DNA of 64,000 bases, taken from IMG/VR virus record IMGVR_UViG_3300037010_001838; one strand, given 5' to 3'. This stretch comes from a virus. Taxonomy: Duplodnaviria; Caudoviricetes. The translations under genes and the position numbers were made by a program. Positions 41,550-51,594 of the stretch are shown here, in pieces. The stretch's first letter is position 1, and each line of letters starts with the position of its first letter. Under the pieces are notes generated by a model. The model was not told where the DNA came from. It made no database searches and was given only the letters and a program-made list of their open reading frames with translations.

Positions 41550-41963
41550 ACTCTACACCGGTCTCAAACTAAACAAACTCCACTATTCATGCGGATCATT
41601 AAAAACGAAAATCGGTCGACTTTCTTCAGTAATTGGGTATAATAGTCTTTAGTGAGTTGAGTGGTGGGTATTCACTGATAGGTAAAGGGTTCGAGTACTC
41701 GCTTCGTTAATATGCCAAGTGGTGTAATAGTAAGCACACCTTTCGGCCGCGTTGCTCGTGGTGTTGAGAGGCCGGGAGACGGTTCCAGAATTTCGGACGG
41801 CGCTATGAAAATAGAGGTGTAAGTGGGCGGACGTCCATGAGAGAGAAGCCGTATGACAGAGAATAGAGCTTGGGGCAGGTGTCCACCTTCCCAGGCTCTT
41901 TCTTTTTGTAAAAATCGACTCTACACCGGTCTCAAACTAAACAAACTCCACTATTCATGCGGA
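41550..41963. repeat. 46-bp perfect direct repeats (41550-41595, 41918-41963)
   Basis: ACTCTACACCGGTCTCAAACTAAACAAACTCCACTATTCATGCGGA twice. Confidence 0.95.
41714..41907 (+). ncRNA. Candidate GC-rich structured RNA ending in a terminator
   Basis: tRNA-like 5' end GCCAAGTGGTGTAATAGTAAGCAC; CGGCC/GGCCG and CTAT-GAAA-ATAG hairpins; GAGCTTGGG/CCCAGGCTC plus T-tract. Confidence 0.45.
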
Positions 41964-42442
41964 ATTGAAAAATTCAAAGTCCTAATAGGGTCACAACTTT
42001 ACAACACATCTTTTACCCTATTACAAAAAGTTCGTAAAAAAATCTCCTGTATAATCAACTAACTACGTTCCAATTTTTTCAACAATCTCTTTATAATCAA
42101 AGAGTTATGATTTCATTTTTTCATGGAAAAACACCAAATTATTTTTCCTTCAATTCTTACTAAAAATAAATATTGTTTATAATCAAAGAGTTACAACGGG
42201 AATCCAAATGTATACCTTTGGTGAACTTTTTGTTGACTTTAGGGTAATGATATGAGATAATACTTACATGACATCAGGGGTCAGTAGGGAGGTATACAAC
42301 TCTTATTTTAGAGCAATTCAGCAGTCAACAAAATTCTTTCTATCAGCACATCAAAACATTCAATGCTCACAACAAGGTGTTCCACAGTATAATGGGCACT
42401 CGTCAACCCACTATTGACGGGGTGGTTCTTTGTGTCAACCTT

Positions 42443-42706
42443 CGCATGGATAGTGGGGTCTGACGCGCTTCAAATCGCGCATCAATAGTGGGTTCAGGCA
42501 CACCCAACCTTCGCATGAATAGTGGGGTTTGATGCGCTTCAAATCCCGGATCAATAGTGGGGTTTGATGCGCTTCAAATCCCGGATCAATAGTGGGGTTT
42601 GATGCGCTTCAAACACCGCATGAACAGTGGGGTTTGATGCGCTTCAAATCCCGCATGAATCGTGGGTTCAGACACACTCAAACCCCGCATGAACAGTGGG
42701 GTTTGA
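42443..42706. repeat. Array of eight 34-35-bp degenerate tandem repeats
   Basis: Core (A)TAGTGGGG at 42450, 42485, 42519, 42554, 42589, 42624, 42659, 42693. Confidence 0.92.
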
Positions 42707-42894
42707 CGATCGTCCAAAACCGTTTTGGAACGACATTGATCCGAATTTAACGTTGATTTCCTTGGAAAAATGCGAGATAATGATAGGTTATAGTTTGGAA
42801 CTGGACGACCCTATTACAAACTATAAAAAGGGTAACCGAATCGTTTGTTGACTTTACCCTAATACCCCTCCCCTTTTCAAACCAAAACCAAATA

Positions 42895-43269
42895 CTATTT
42901 AACAGGATGATTATTAGTATGAGATGTACTATAGCCATAAACATCAGTAAGAATAACCGTTTCACCAGGGTTAACAAGATAATCATGTGTAACTTTATGT
43001 ATAGAGATGATACGATATACACTATAAGCAGATACTGTTGAATATGAATCACATACAGTAACAACAGAAGTGTGAGGATCATTGGATATTACAACATTAA
43101 CAACTTCAATAGGTTGGAACACTATCAAACCATCTGTAATATCGTGGATAATACCAACACATTGAATACTATTATCGTTGTTTGTATCATAGTTCATCGT
43201 TATTGGTATACCAATCAAACTTTTCAAAGAATAATCCATTTTGTTCTCTTTTTGTTTACTAGTAAACAA
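42895..43269 (-). CDS. Hypothetical protein
   Basis: SD AAAGAGA before MDYSLK; isolated in a non-coding zone. Confidence 0.45.
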   Translation of the reverse strand: MFTSKQKENKMDYSLKSLIGIPITMNYDTNNDNSIQCVGIIHDITDGLIVFQPIEVVNVVISNDPHTSVVTVCDSYSTVSAYSVYRIISIHKVTHDYLVNPGETVILTDVYGYSTSHTNNHPVK

Positions 43270-44028
43270 TAAATCATTTCAAAAAATATGTCAAATTATT
43301 GTTTTCTTCTTTGTTAAGATAAGTTTACTAGTAAACAAATAAGTATTTTCTCCAATTTCCTTTTAACTCTTTGTTTATTCGAGGATATAAAATTGTCCCA
43401 ACTACCATTAAAGTCACAAAAACCTAGTTACATTGTACCAACCGTGTATTCATGCGGGTTTTCAATCCATCAAACCCCTGTATTGACGCGGGTTATTTCT
43501 TCTGTTAAAACAACAGATTATCTGTGTGTTGACATATTCCTCACACTAATATACAATGACGTTAATAATATATTGATATCATAACAAAGAGGTATAAAAC
43601 AAATACTTCATTCACTTGTGACATCATGAACTTTTGTAAAAAGTAGATAACCCTTTAAGTAATTTTTAATTGGTGAACTGCTTGAAAAAATTTTAACTTA
43701 TATCACATTAGAGTATTCATCTAAAGAACAACAAGTCTACAATGAATGGCATGAGCGTGATGTAATAGATGGATATCAACAAAGAAGCAATTAAGCCTAA
43801 TTCGTATTTTAATCAGGCAACAATAGCGAATGGACTTGATTCGAAAGTGGGATAAGATTTGGGATACTAGTAGTGGCCCGTGTTAGTTCCTGTATCACCA
43901 CCAACAAGGTATTTTTGTAACAGCACACAGGGAAGCAGAGATATAATACATTGATTAACCTTCTTTATTTAATAACAGGAGAAAATGTGAAATGAATATT
44001 AATTTAAACAAAGAATTGGGTTCACGAA

Positions 44029-44310
44029 ATGACTGAAACTGGTTATCGATATCTTGGGTATTACGTTCCCCAAAACACAATTGATGAACTACGTCGATAT
44101 GCGTTTAATGGAGTCCCGTTGGGAGGCTTTTTAGAAGCAGTCGTGTCTAATGATTTAGTTAGTGCAGTCAGTAGAGCCGACTCCTATAATCAAAATAATC
44201 TTCCAGCTCTTGTTGTGTATGTATACAATGAACTTCCTGCCGAATGTTGGGGTTCTAGAGAAACGTATGAACATTGGCTTGATAAATTTAGAGAAAATAC
44301 AAATGAATGA
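44029..44310 (+). CDS. Hypothetical phage protein
   Basis: GVPLGGFLEAVVSNDL...AD..N...P.ECWGS. Confidence 0.75.
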   Translation: MTETGYRYLGYYVPQNTIDELRRYAFNGVPLGGFLEAVVSNDLVSAVSRADSYNQNNLPALVVYVYNELPAECWGSRETYEHWLDKFRENTNE

Positions 44311-44464
44311 TCAACAAAGACAAATCACTACTCTTATTGTGATAGATTTGGTGTTTATAGAATTTGCAGCAGTTGAGTTAGAACAAGAATAGCAACCGAT
44401 TAGTACAGATCCTCTGAACGGTACAAACATTTTACTTTCGGGTGAAATGTATTTGTCCAGGTGA
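44303..44464 (+). pseudogene. DUF551-like fragment with in-frame TAG
   Basis: EQE*QPISTDPLNGTNILL resembles the WQPIETAPKDGT..ILL motif with TAG (44390) at the Trp. Confidence 0.5.
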
Positions 44465-44696
44465 TTGGTGAATTAAGACAGGTTACTGGTCTTACATAGA
44501 TAAACAATTTATTTTATATGGAGGGTTGTGGACACCAAGATGCTCAGGCTTATTGGGGTAAAGTTGTTCTCGTATCAGGAGAGTGGTGGGATATTAAAAG
44601 ATGGACAGGATGTTCGGAAACGATTGGTGATAACAACATTGCATCTACCAGATGAGCAATTGTTAGAGCTGCGGCAGAAATTGGAAAGGAAGTTAA

Positions 44697-45164
44697 ATGA
44701 GTGGAAGCATTCGACCCCCAGATGGATATGTTGGAGAATCAATGTTCTTCAACCCACGGAAAGAAACTGCAACATATCTTGTAACTAAAGATGATTTGCT
44801 CCTTGTGGAAAATCAACTTATACACGAATGTGAGTGGACGTCAGCTGATTGTACAGTTAGTGGAATGGAATTTAAGGATGTCCTTAAACTGTATCCTAAC
44901 GTTAAGGGTATAGCAATTCCTATGAAATTTAAATTTGATACACAAGACATCCACTATTTAACAGCGCATTTTGGTTGGAGTTGTTTAGGAATAGGGTTCG
45001 GTCAAATGTTTTTTGAAAAAATTGGGGTCAACGAACCACCAACGTTTGACACGGAATGTATGGGTCGTGAAACTACAAGAAAGATGTTGCATGATTTTGT
45101 TGACTTTATTGTTGACAATGGAATCAGTGATGATTGGAAATCAAAGGAGAACAAAGATGACTAA
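44697..45164 (+). CDS. Hypothetical protein
   Basis: 155-aa ORF. Confidence 0.6.
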   Translation: MSGSIRPPDGYVGESMFFNPRKETATYLVTKDDLLLVENQLIHECEWTSADCTVSGMEFKDVLKLYPNVKGIAIPMKFKFDTQDIHYLTAHFGWSCLGIGFGQMFFEKIGVNEPPTFDTECMGRETTRKMLHDFVDFIVDNGISDDWKSKENKDD

Positions 45165-45412
45165 AGAAGTTTATACAAACAATGGAGATGGTTCTAGTTC
45201 GTTACATTGATTTAAAGACACTCCAATTGAAAAGTTAAAAAACTTGGATGAGGTGTCTGGTGACTACGAATAAATATTGGGGTTCGGGTGATGGGGTTCA
45301 GATTACAACACTAACGTTCCCAGATGATTTTGATTTGAGTATTTTGGGTCTTTCGGAGTATGATTGGGACGATGCTTCAGTTGAAGACATATATGCAGGT
45401 TTAGATGTGTAA
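45157..45412 (+). pseudogene. Disrupted small gene (NGDGSSSLH*F...YWGSGDG)
   Basis: SD AAGGAG; TGA at 45208 and +1 frameshift near 45271. Confidence 0.55.
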
Positions 45413-45466
45413 ACATGTTGTAATTACCTCATTAATAAATACAATATATTAATGGAGTAACTACTA

Positions 45467-45694
45467 ATGATTCCAGGTGGATATGTTTCTTTTTTTAAAG
45501 GTGTTCCAATTCATTCTATTGTAACAAACTCTGTTAATTTAATATGGGATGTTTCAGCAACTCAACAAAAGAACACTGTTAATTTAAGCTGGGATGTTTC
45601 AGCAACTCAACAAAAGAACACTGTTAATTTAAGCTGGGATGTTTCAGCAACTCAACAAACGAACTCTGTTAATTTAATATGGAACGTAGATTAA
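45467..45694 (+). CDS. Small protein with 15-aa repeats
   Basis: VNLSWDVSATQQKNT; 45-bp DNA period at 45531, 45576, 45621, 45666. Confidence 0.65.
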   Translation: MIPGGYVSFFKGVPIHSIVTNSVNLIWDVSATQQKNTVNLSWDVSATQQKNTVNLSWDVSATQQTNSVNLIWNVD

Positions 45695-45711
45695 TATAAA
45701 GGAAAACACTT

Positions 45712-46266
45712 ATGGCATTAATTGGAACCGATTTAAAATTTGTAACGGCTGGAAATACTAGTTCGACTCTTGGTGATATGTTAGGTGGGAATTGTTTCTA
45801 TGGAGCGTCTTCAGGAACTTATAGAGCTCTGTTAAGCTCTTCTCTTAACGCTGTGTTCCCAGAAATTACACTTGCTCAAGCTTCTACTGGACAAATAGAC
45901 TATTTTTGCGTAGGGGTGGTAAACACCAACGCAGCGTCAGTTTCCGATAATACAAGAGTATGGTTATCTGCTGATTCGACATCACCCGACACATCTATTC
46001 AAATAGGACTTGGAACCAGTGGAATAGTTACGTGGTCTTCTGGATACAATACTACTATTATAGAACCGAGAACTGCAAATCATTTCGTTGTACCATCTGG
46101 TGTAACATTTGCAAATTATACCGGAACCATAGCAAATTCACTGTTGCTTGGAACACTCCAACCTGGGTATAGTAGAATGTTTTGGATTAAACGAACAGTT
46201 AATCCAGGGGCAGCAACATATTCAGGTGATAATTTTACATTGAACGTCGCAAATGCAACATCATGA
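45712..46266 (+). CDS. Putative virion structural protein
   Basis: Beta-rich; ATAAATA motif upstream at ~45435. Confidence 0.6.
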   Translation: MALIGTDLKFVTAGNTSSTLGDMLGGNCFYGASSGTYRALLSSSLNAVFPEITLAQASTGQIDYFCVGVVNTNAASVSDNTRVWLSADSTSPDTSIQIGLGTSGIVTWSSGYNTTIIEPRTANHFVVPSGVTFANYTGTIANSLLLGTLQPGYSRMFWIKRTVNPGAATYSGDNFTLNVANATS

Positions 46267-46575
46267 TAAAATAATATTGATGGTTTCGTATTAAACGGTC
46301 AGTTTCTCGTGTCGTTTGATGTTGGGTATGGGATATTCTCCACAAAACTCAATTTTTGGTTTTGTTTATATTGTTTAGAACTTTAACGTGAAGAGTGTAA
46401 CTCATTATGATGTTTACTTATTGTGTAATATATAGGTAATTATATACAAAAGACGATAAAGTATTAACAGAAATTTAACTGGGAACGTTTTGTGTAGATT
46501 ATCGTATATACAGAACAATCACCTCTTTTTATTTTGAGGTGTGTGTTCCAATAAATGGTCTGAAACGAAGAATAA

Positions 46576-46908
46576 CTATCTCCTCATTTTTGCAATGTCT
46601 TCTGCTTCTTCTTGAGAGAAAACTGGAATAGCGTTACTTTTGTGCATTGTACTAATCCCTACAATCTTATCACCTGTATAAACGGGTGATGGAATTTTTG
46701 CTGTATCTCCAATCGTTGGTTTGTGACTATTAATTGGAGGTGGTAGTCTGTCTTCAGGGATTCCTAATTTATATGTTGATTTTGGAGGAGGAGAATCTGG
46801 ATTACATTTCCATTTCTGGTTAATGTAATCCGTCATCGCCTTATCGGCCTTTTGTTTCGCTGATGATTTCTTTTTCCGTTTAGATGAAGACTTCATGTAC
46901 ACAATCAT
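46576..46908 (-). CDS. Basic phage protein
   Basis: YTGDKIVGISTMHKSNAIPVFSQEEAEDIAKMRR. Confidence 0.75.
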   Translation of the reverse strand: MIVYMKSSSKRKKKSSAKQKADKAMTDYINQKWKCNPDSPPPKSTYKLGIPEDRLPPPINSHKPTIGDTAKIPSPVYTGDKIVGISTMHKSNAIPVFSQEEAEDIAKMRR

Positions 46909-46909
46909 A

Positions 46910-47656
46910 TCAAACCTCCACTATGAAGTTTGGATTAAACAATACACTTTCATTTCCATATCCCCTTTGGTTTGAAATAATTCGCGTTTTCCCAATCATT
47001 CCATCAAAATTGCTGTGAGTGTGTCCATAGAACCATATACCTTCCCAACCCATAAACTCCTCCATGTTTTCAGTGAAATATGAATTTAAAACATTCGAGC
47101 CATATTTCGGGTCCACGGTTATGGGGTGAGGAGCAAAATGAGAAATTACAACTCGTTTCTGCCCTTCAGTTTCTTTAATCCAATGAGCCAATTCCCGACG
47201 AAAGATTTCATGTTGTTCGATATGGTTTTGTGTTTTCCAAAGAATACGAGGGTCATCCGATACCCGAATTAAAATAAAATCATTGATTCCCCGTTCCACC
47301 TGAAGTCGGGCCAATGCGTCTGTGGTTCCATTCAATGTGAATTGAGTAAACATTGTTCCGCCAAAGAAGTTAATATCATCAATCTTCGTTGAAGAGTTAT
47401 TGAGAAAATGAAAGTTCGGAAACTTGGTTTCTAATTCTGTGTGATAAGAAATAACATCATCCACCAAAGAATGGTAAAATTCATGGTTCCCTATTACACA
47501 CAAAATTTTAACACTAGAAGGAATTTGAATTAAAAACTTATCAAGTCGATTCCTAGTATGTATATCACCAGACAGAATGAGTACATCTTCTCCGTCGTAA
47601 GAATACTTCATATCATATCCTTCAAGGTGGAGGTCTGACAATTGTTTAATTTTCAT
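46910..47656 (-). CDS. Calcineurin-like metallophosphoesterase
   Basis: SDLHLE, GDI, GNHEFY, HFAP, GHTH. Confidence 0.9.
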   Translation of the reverse strand: MKIKQLSDLHLEGYDMKYSYDGEDVLILSGDIHTRNRLDKFLIQIPSSVKILCVIGNHEFYHSLVDDVISYHTELETKFPNFHFLNNSSTKIDDINFFGGTMFTQFTLNGTTDALARLQVERGINDFILIRVSDDPRILWKTQNHIEQHEIFRRELAHWIKETEGQKRVVISHFAPHPITVDPKYGSNVLNSYFTENMEEFMGWEGIWFYGHTHSNFDGMIGKTRIISNQRGYGNESVLFNPNFIVEV

Positions 47657-47782
47657 ATATAATTCCCTTTAATAAATTTAAACTAAAAGATTATTACACA
47701 TGCTTCACCAAAATTTATCAACAGGCAATGTTGTATTTTTATTAAAACAGTATAAAATGTGTTTTTTGAGGGGCGATATATT

Positions 47783-48127
47783 ATGAAACGATGGGTAGTA
47801 AAATACACTAATGCTAACACACAGACAACTAAATGGGTTACTCTCAATGGTGGAACGTCTGAAAAGGAAGATTCAGCGTTTATGTATACAAAAAAAGGTG
47901 TAGCAGAGAACAGAGTAAAAGATATAAAAAAGTACCATTATGGATGTATAGACGTTGAAATGGTTGAATACGAATTCTATCCAGTAGATGGTAAAACTTC
48001 AAGAGTTTCAAGACAGATGACACCAAAGATGAGAGAGATAATGTTGAGGTGTGAAGAATTTACTGTTGATGAAATGTGGACTATGTTGTTGGCGCTTGCT
48101 GAATCAAATGTAAATGAAAATGAATGA
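47783..48127 (+). CDS. Hypothetical protein
   Basis: SD GAGG; followed by small ORFs 48114-48389 and 48380-48604. Confidence 0.65.
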   Translation: MKRWVVKYTNANTQTTKWVTLNGGTSEKEDSAFMYTKKGVAENRVKDIKKYHYGCIDVEMVEYEFYPVDGKTSRVSRQMTPKMREIMLRCEEFTVDEMWTMLLALAESNVNENE

Positions 48128-48600
48128 TGCTCCATTGTGTATTAATTGTAAACATGAATTTAAAATTTGGGTTATATCATATTGTGACCTACGTCTGTCG
48201 TTGGTTAATGGTAAGCCTGATACGTCATGTTCAGTAATGCGGTTGAGTTTTGGAGAATGTGGACTGAAGGGGCAGTTATTCGAACCAAAAACACCAACAC
48301 CTGACACCAAAGTTGAATCCACTTTAACACAGAAACTAACTTCATGGTGGAAATCATTTTTCATAAATATTAAATCCAAATGGAAATGATAATGAAATTA
48401 GCAGACTTGTTTGAAAAAGATAACGATTTTGATGCTCAAAATTCAATTGACCACAAAGCTAAAGAGATGACATTCCCTTCTGTTTACGATAAACATGACT
48501 ATGGGAAAGATACTAAACCCAAAAGAGAAAAACTACTTGTCAAAAATACGAAAACAGGTAAAGTGTATGGGGCAAGAATGATTTGGCAACGCGATATAGA

Positions 48601-48822
48601 TTAAACTAACTTAATCTTCACGATAGAATTAATAGGAACGATAATCGTTTGTTCTATTGGGTTTGTCGTAAACCTTTGACGTTCCTCTGTTTTAATAGCC
48701 ACAAAAACTTCATCATATAATTCAATTGTTCCCACCAGTGATGTCCCATCTATTAATGAAAGAGACAATGTTTTATCAATCAAAAGATTTAGTACATCTT
48801 TTACCTGACCTGTTATATTCAT
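48601..48822 (-). CDS. Small Sm/Hfq-like-fold hypothetical protein
   Basis: LSLSLIDGTSLVGTIELYDEVFVAI...IIVPINSIVKI pattern. Confidence 0.45.
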   Translation of the reverse strand: MNITGQVKDVLNLLIDKTLSLSLIDGTSLVGTIELYDEVFVAIKTEERQRFTTNPIEQTIIVPINSIVKIKLV

Positions 48823-48984
48823 AATTAATACTCCATCGTTTAACTTATTTAGATATTTGCTGAAAAGCCATACTTTGAAAAATAATTTAAATAACCCTGT
48901 TGTGTTTCGTTGCTAAATAGTGTTCTTCTATAGTAATATAGAATGGTGATAAAGAAATCACATAACCTAAGGAGATTTAAAAAT

Positions 48985-49644
48985 ATGAAAAATTCAATGC
49001 TTATTGCTTTACTTTTGGGTTCTGTTGTTGCGTCGTCCGCTTTTGCAGGTGGTTTATCAGGTAGTGTTGGTGTTGCATCTGACTACGTTTTCCGTGGTGC
49101 TTCACTTTCAAACAACGACCCGAGTATTCAGGGTAACGTTAAATACACTCTTAATAATTTGACAGTTGGCGCAACCGCAACTTCTGTAAAGAATTCAGGT
49201 GACGACGTTGAACTGGACGCCATGATTAACTATAACATTCCTGTAACCAATGATGTTTCAGTTGATGTGGGTGCTATTAGTTACAACTTTCCTGGTGTTT
49301 CATCTCTCCAAACCACAGAGTATAGTGTTGCTGGAAATTTGAAGTTTGATAATGTCACAACACAGTTGAAAACGTCTTATTCTTCTGACTATTTTGGTTC
49401 TGGAAAACATTCTTTTTATACAGAAGTTAATGGAACATATCAACTTCCTTATGGGTTGATTGGTGTTGGTCACATTGGACATCTTGACCTTGATGGTGCT
49501 TCCAACAAAGCAAATGACTACAAACTTGGACTTAATAAGCAGTTCACCAAGAATATCGTTGGAGAGCTTGCTTGGGTTGACAGTAACAACCTAACTCTTA
49601 CGTCTGGTAAGAGGTGGACAGTTAGTGCCAAGTACAACTTCTAA
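48985..49644 (+). CDS. TorF/TIGR02001-family outer-membrane protein
   Basis: Signal peptide; ASDYVFRGASLS..DPSIQG; terminal AKYNF. Confidence 0.8.
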   Translation: MKNSMLIALLLGSVVASSAFAGGLSGSVGVASDYVFRGASLSNNDPSIQGNVKYTLNNLTVGATATSVKNSGDDVELDAMINYNIPVTNDVSVDVGAISYNFPGVSSLQTTEYSVAGNLKFDNVTTQLKTSYSSDYFGSGKHSFYTEVNGTYQLPYGLIGVGHIGHLDLDGASNKANDYKLGLNKQFTKNIVGELAWVDSNNLTLTSGKRWTVSAKYNF

Positions 49645-49661
49645 CTCTTTGTTTTAACACG

Positions 49662-49692
49662 AAAAAGGGGGAAGATTATCTTCCCCCTTTTC
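49662..49692. terminator. Intrinsic terminator
   Basis: AAAAAGGGGGAAG-attat-CTTCCCCCTTTT. Confidence 0.8.
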
Positions 49693-49731
49693 TATGTTTG
49701 ATAAATATAGTAACTTTAAAGGGGTTCTATT

Positions 49732-50550
49732 GTGAATAAGGCAAACATCTTAATGTGTGAACCAACTCACTATTCAGTTGATTATGAGATTAATTGTTGG
49801 ATGAATGGGAATGTTGATTGCGTAGATACTGATTTAGCACACAAACAATGGACAGACTTTAAACGAATACTTGAACAACATGCGACAGTTCAAGTTATAT
49901 CTGGTCAACAAGGATTACCAGATATGGTGTTTACTGCTAATGCTGGTTTGGTTGTAGGAAACAGTGTAGTTGTGTCTCAATTTAAAAATAAAGAACGAAA
50001 AGGGGAAACACCTCATTTCCGTAAGTGGTTTAAATGTAACAACTTTGAAGTTGTTCCAATTAATAATCAAATTGTGTTCGAGGGTGCTGGGGATTGTCTG
50101 TTAGGGAACAAAATATATTGGTGTGGGTATGGGTTTAGAACATCAAGAGGTGCTGCCGTCCACCTTCAAAATGTTTTAACGTGGTGGTATAATAAACAAG
50201 TCGTGCCCATTGAGTTGGTAGACGACAGATTTTACCATCTTGATACGTGTTTCTGTCCTTTGAATGATGGAAGTGTTATGTTATATCGTCCTGCGTTGGG
50301 AGATAACAGTTTCAAACACATAGAAACAATATTCGGTAAAGACAATATCATTGAAGTTAGTGAAGAAGATGCTTTAAACTTCGCTTGTAATGCAGTTAAC
50401 GTTGACAAACAAGTAATTACTAATTATGTAAGTGATGAGTTAAGGATGAAGTTAATCACACGAGGTTTTGAAGTCATCACAACACCAATGAGTGAGTTCA
50501 TTAAAAGTGGTGGTGGGTGTAAATGTTTAACTCTACAATTAAGCAATTAA
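49732..50550 (+). CDS. Amidinotransferase / DDAH-family protein
   Basis: PDMVFTANAG, FEGAGD, FYHLDTCF, KSGGGCKCLT. Confidence 0.88.
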   Translation: MNKANILMCEPTHYSVDYEINCWMNGNVDCVDTDLAHKQWTDFKRILEQHATVQVISGQQGLPDMVFTANAGLVVGNSVVVSQFKNKERKGETPHFRKWFKCNNFEVVPINNQIVFEGAGDCLLGNKIYWCGYGFRTSRGAAVHLQNVLTWWYNKQVVPIELVDDRFYHLDTCFCPLNDGSVMLYRPALGDNSFKHIETIFGKDNIIEVSEEDALNFACNAVNVDKQVITNYVSDELRMKLITRGFEVITTPMSEFIKSGGGCKCLTLQLSN

Positions 50551-51495
50551 TAGTAACACGCTTAATTGAAACGTCAGTTCGTGAATATTAGACACAAGTT
50601 GTTTGCTTGAATCTTCCCACCACGGTGAACAATTCGATGTAACTATTTGATTCGCTGCGGATATTTCCGATGAATTAACAAAAAACATTTTAACAATTTT
50701 AAAGTTGGTTCGTTGACGTTTTTCGTTTACAGCTAACTTTCCTCCTTGTTCTAGTCTAATTTCAAAAACATTAGATGGGTCGTGATTATAGTGAGCAATA
50801 TACAAAACAGACACGTCTATATTCTGAACCACTTCTATTTTATCGGAGATAGATTTTCCAAGGAACATTCTCCACCCCGGCCAATTCTCAAACACACCTT
50901 CTGGAGAAAGAGGAATATTCAACTGTGGATGTTCTCGGACCCACAACTTATATTCCTCTGGTGAAGACAAGTTTAAAGAATGAACAAACTTCATTGTTTC
51001 TTCTAATGAAAGTCTTGGTTCCGTTTGTTTAGAATAGTGGATATACTTTGAACCTAAAAAATCTTTCCATATCGTCCATTCTGGATAAACGAATTCTGGA
51101 TATCGTGGAATAAAACAGGTATTTGTCTCTTTGTGCCAAGCCCTCCATTGATGACTAGAACCAAGTTCTAATTTCAAAGCAAACTGTTTCGCGTCTTCAT
51201 AAGATAGGTATGGAATGGGTCTTGTTCCCAAAAAGTCAGTATCAGATTTCCACTCTCCGCGTATTGCATATGAACACTGGGGATTAGCTGGAATAAACTT
51301 TGGACGAATCAAACGTCCTTTAAGTGGACCCTTCTTATATCGTAGTTTTGCAAATTTTAACCACTGACGATAGTTCTCAAATCCCAAACGATTTACCCAC
51401 ACTTTTGCGTCTTGATATGGTATAAAATCTTTTTTGGGTTGTCCATTATTGTTTCTTACTTTCATAAAATCAAATGGTTCTTTGTTTTCTGACAT
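50539..51495 (-). CDS. Protein with phage integrase-repeat-like units
   Basis: Three repeats SYEDAK...L.L.S..QW...IP..PE.VY.EW..W.DFLG. Confidence 0.65.
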   Translation of the reverse strand: MSENKEPFDFMKVRNNNGQPKKDFIPYQDAKVWVNRLGFENYRQWLKFAKLRYKKGPLKGRLIRPKFIPANPQCSYAIRGEWKSDTDFLGTRPIPYLSYEDAKQFALKLELGSSHQWRAWHKETNTCFIPRYPEFVYPEWTIWKDFLGSKYIHYSKQTEPRLSLEETMKFVHSLNLSSPEEYKLWVREHPQLNIPLSPEGVFENWPGWRMFLGKSISDKIEVVQNIDVSVLYIAHYNHDPSNVFEIRLEQGGKLAVNEKRQRTNFKIVKMFFVNSSEISAANQIVTSNCSPWWEDSSKQLVSNIHELTFQLSVLLLIA

Positions 51496-51594
51496 AATTA
51501 AAATGTGAAAGTTGATAATATTTATCCTGGAAAACCAACGTTTGTCTTATTTTACATAAATAGATTCATAATATACATTTTATAGGAGTTTATT

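Noticed and set aside
42443-42706. CRISPR array
   Set aside because: Units are contiguous degenerate repeats with no unique spacers, and there are no cas genes in the window.
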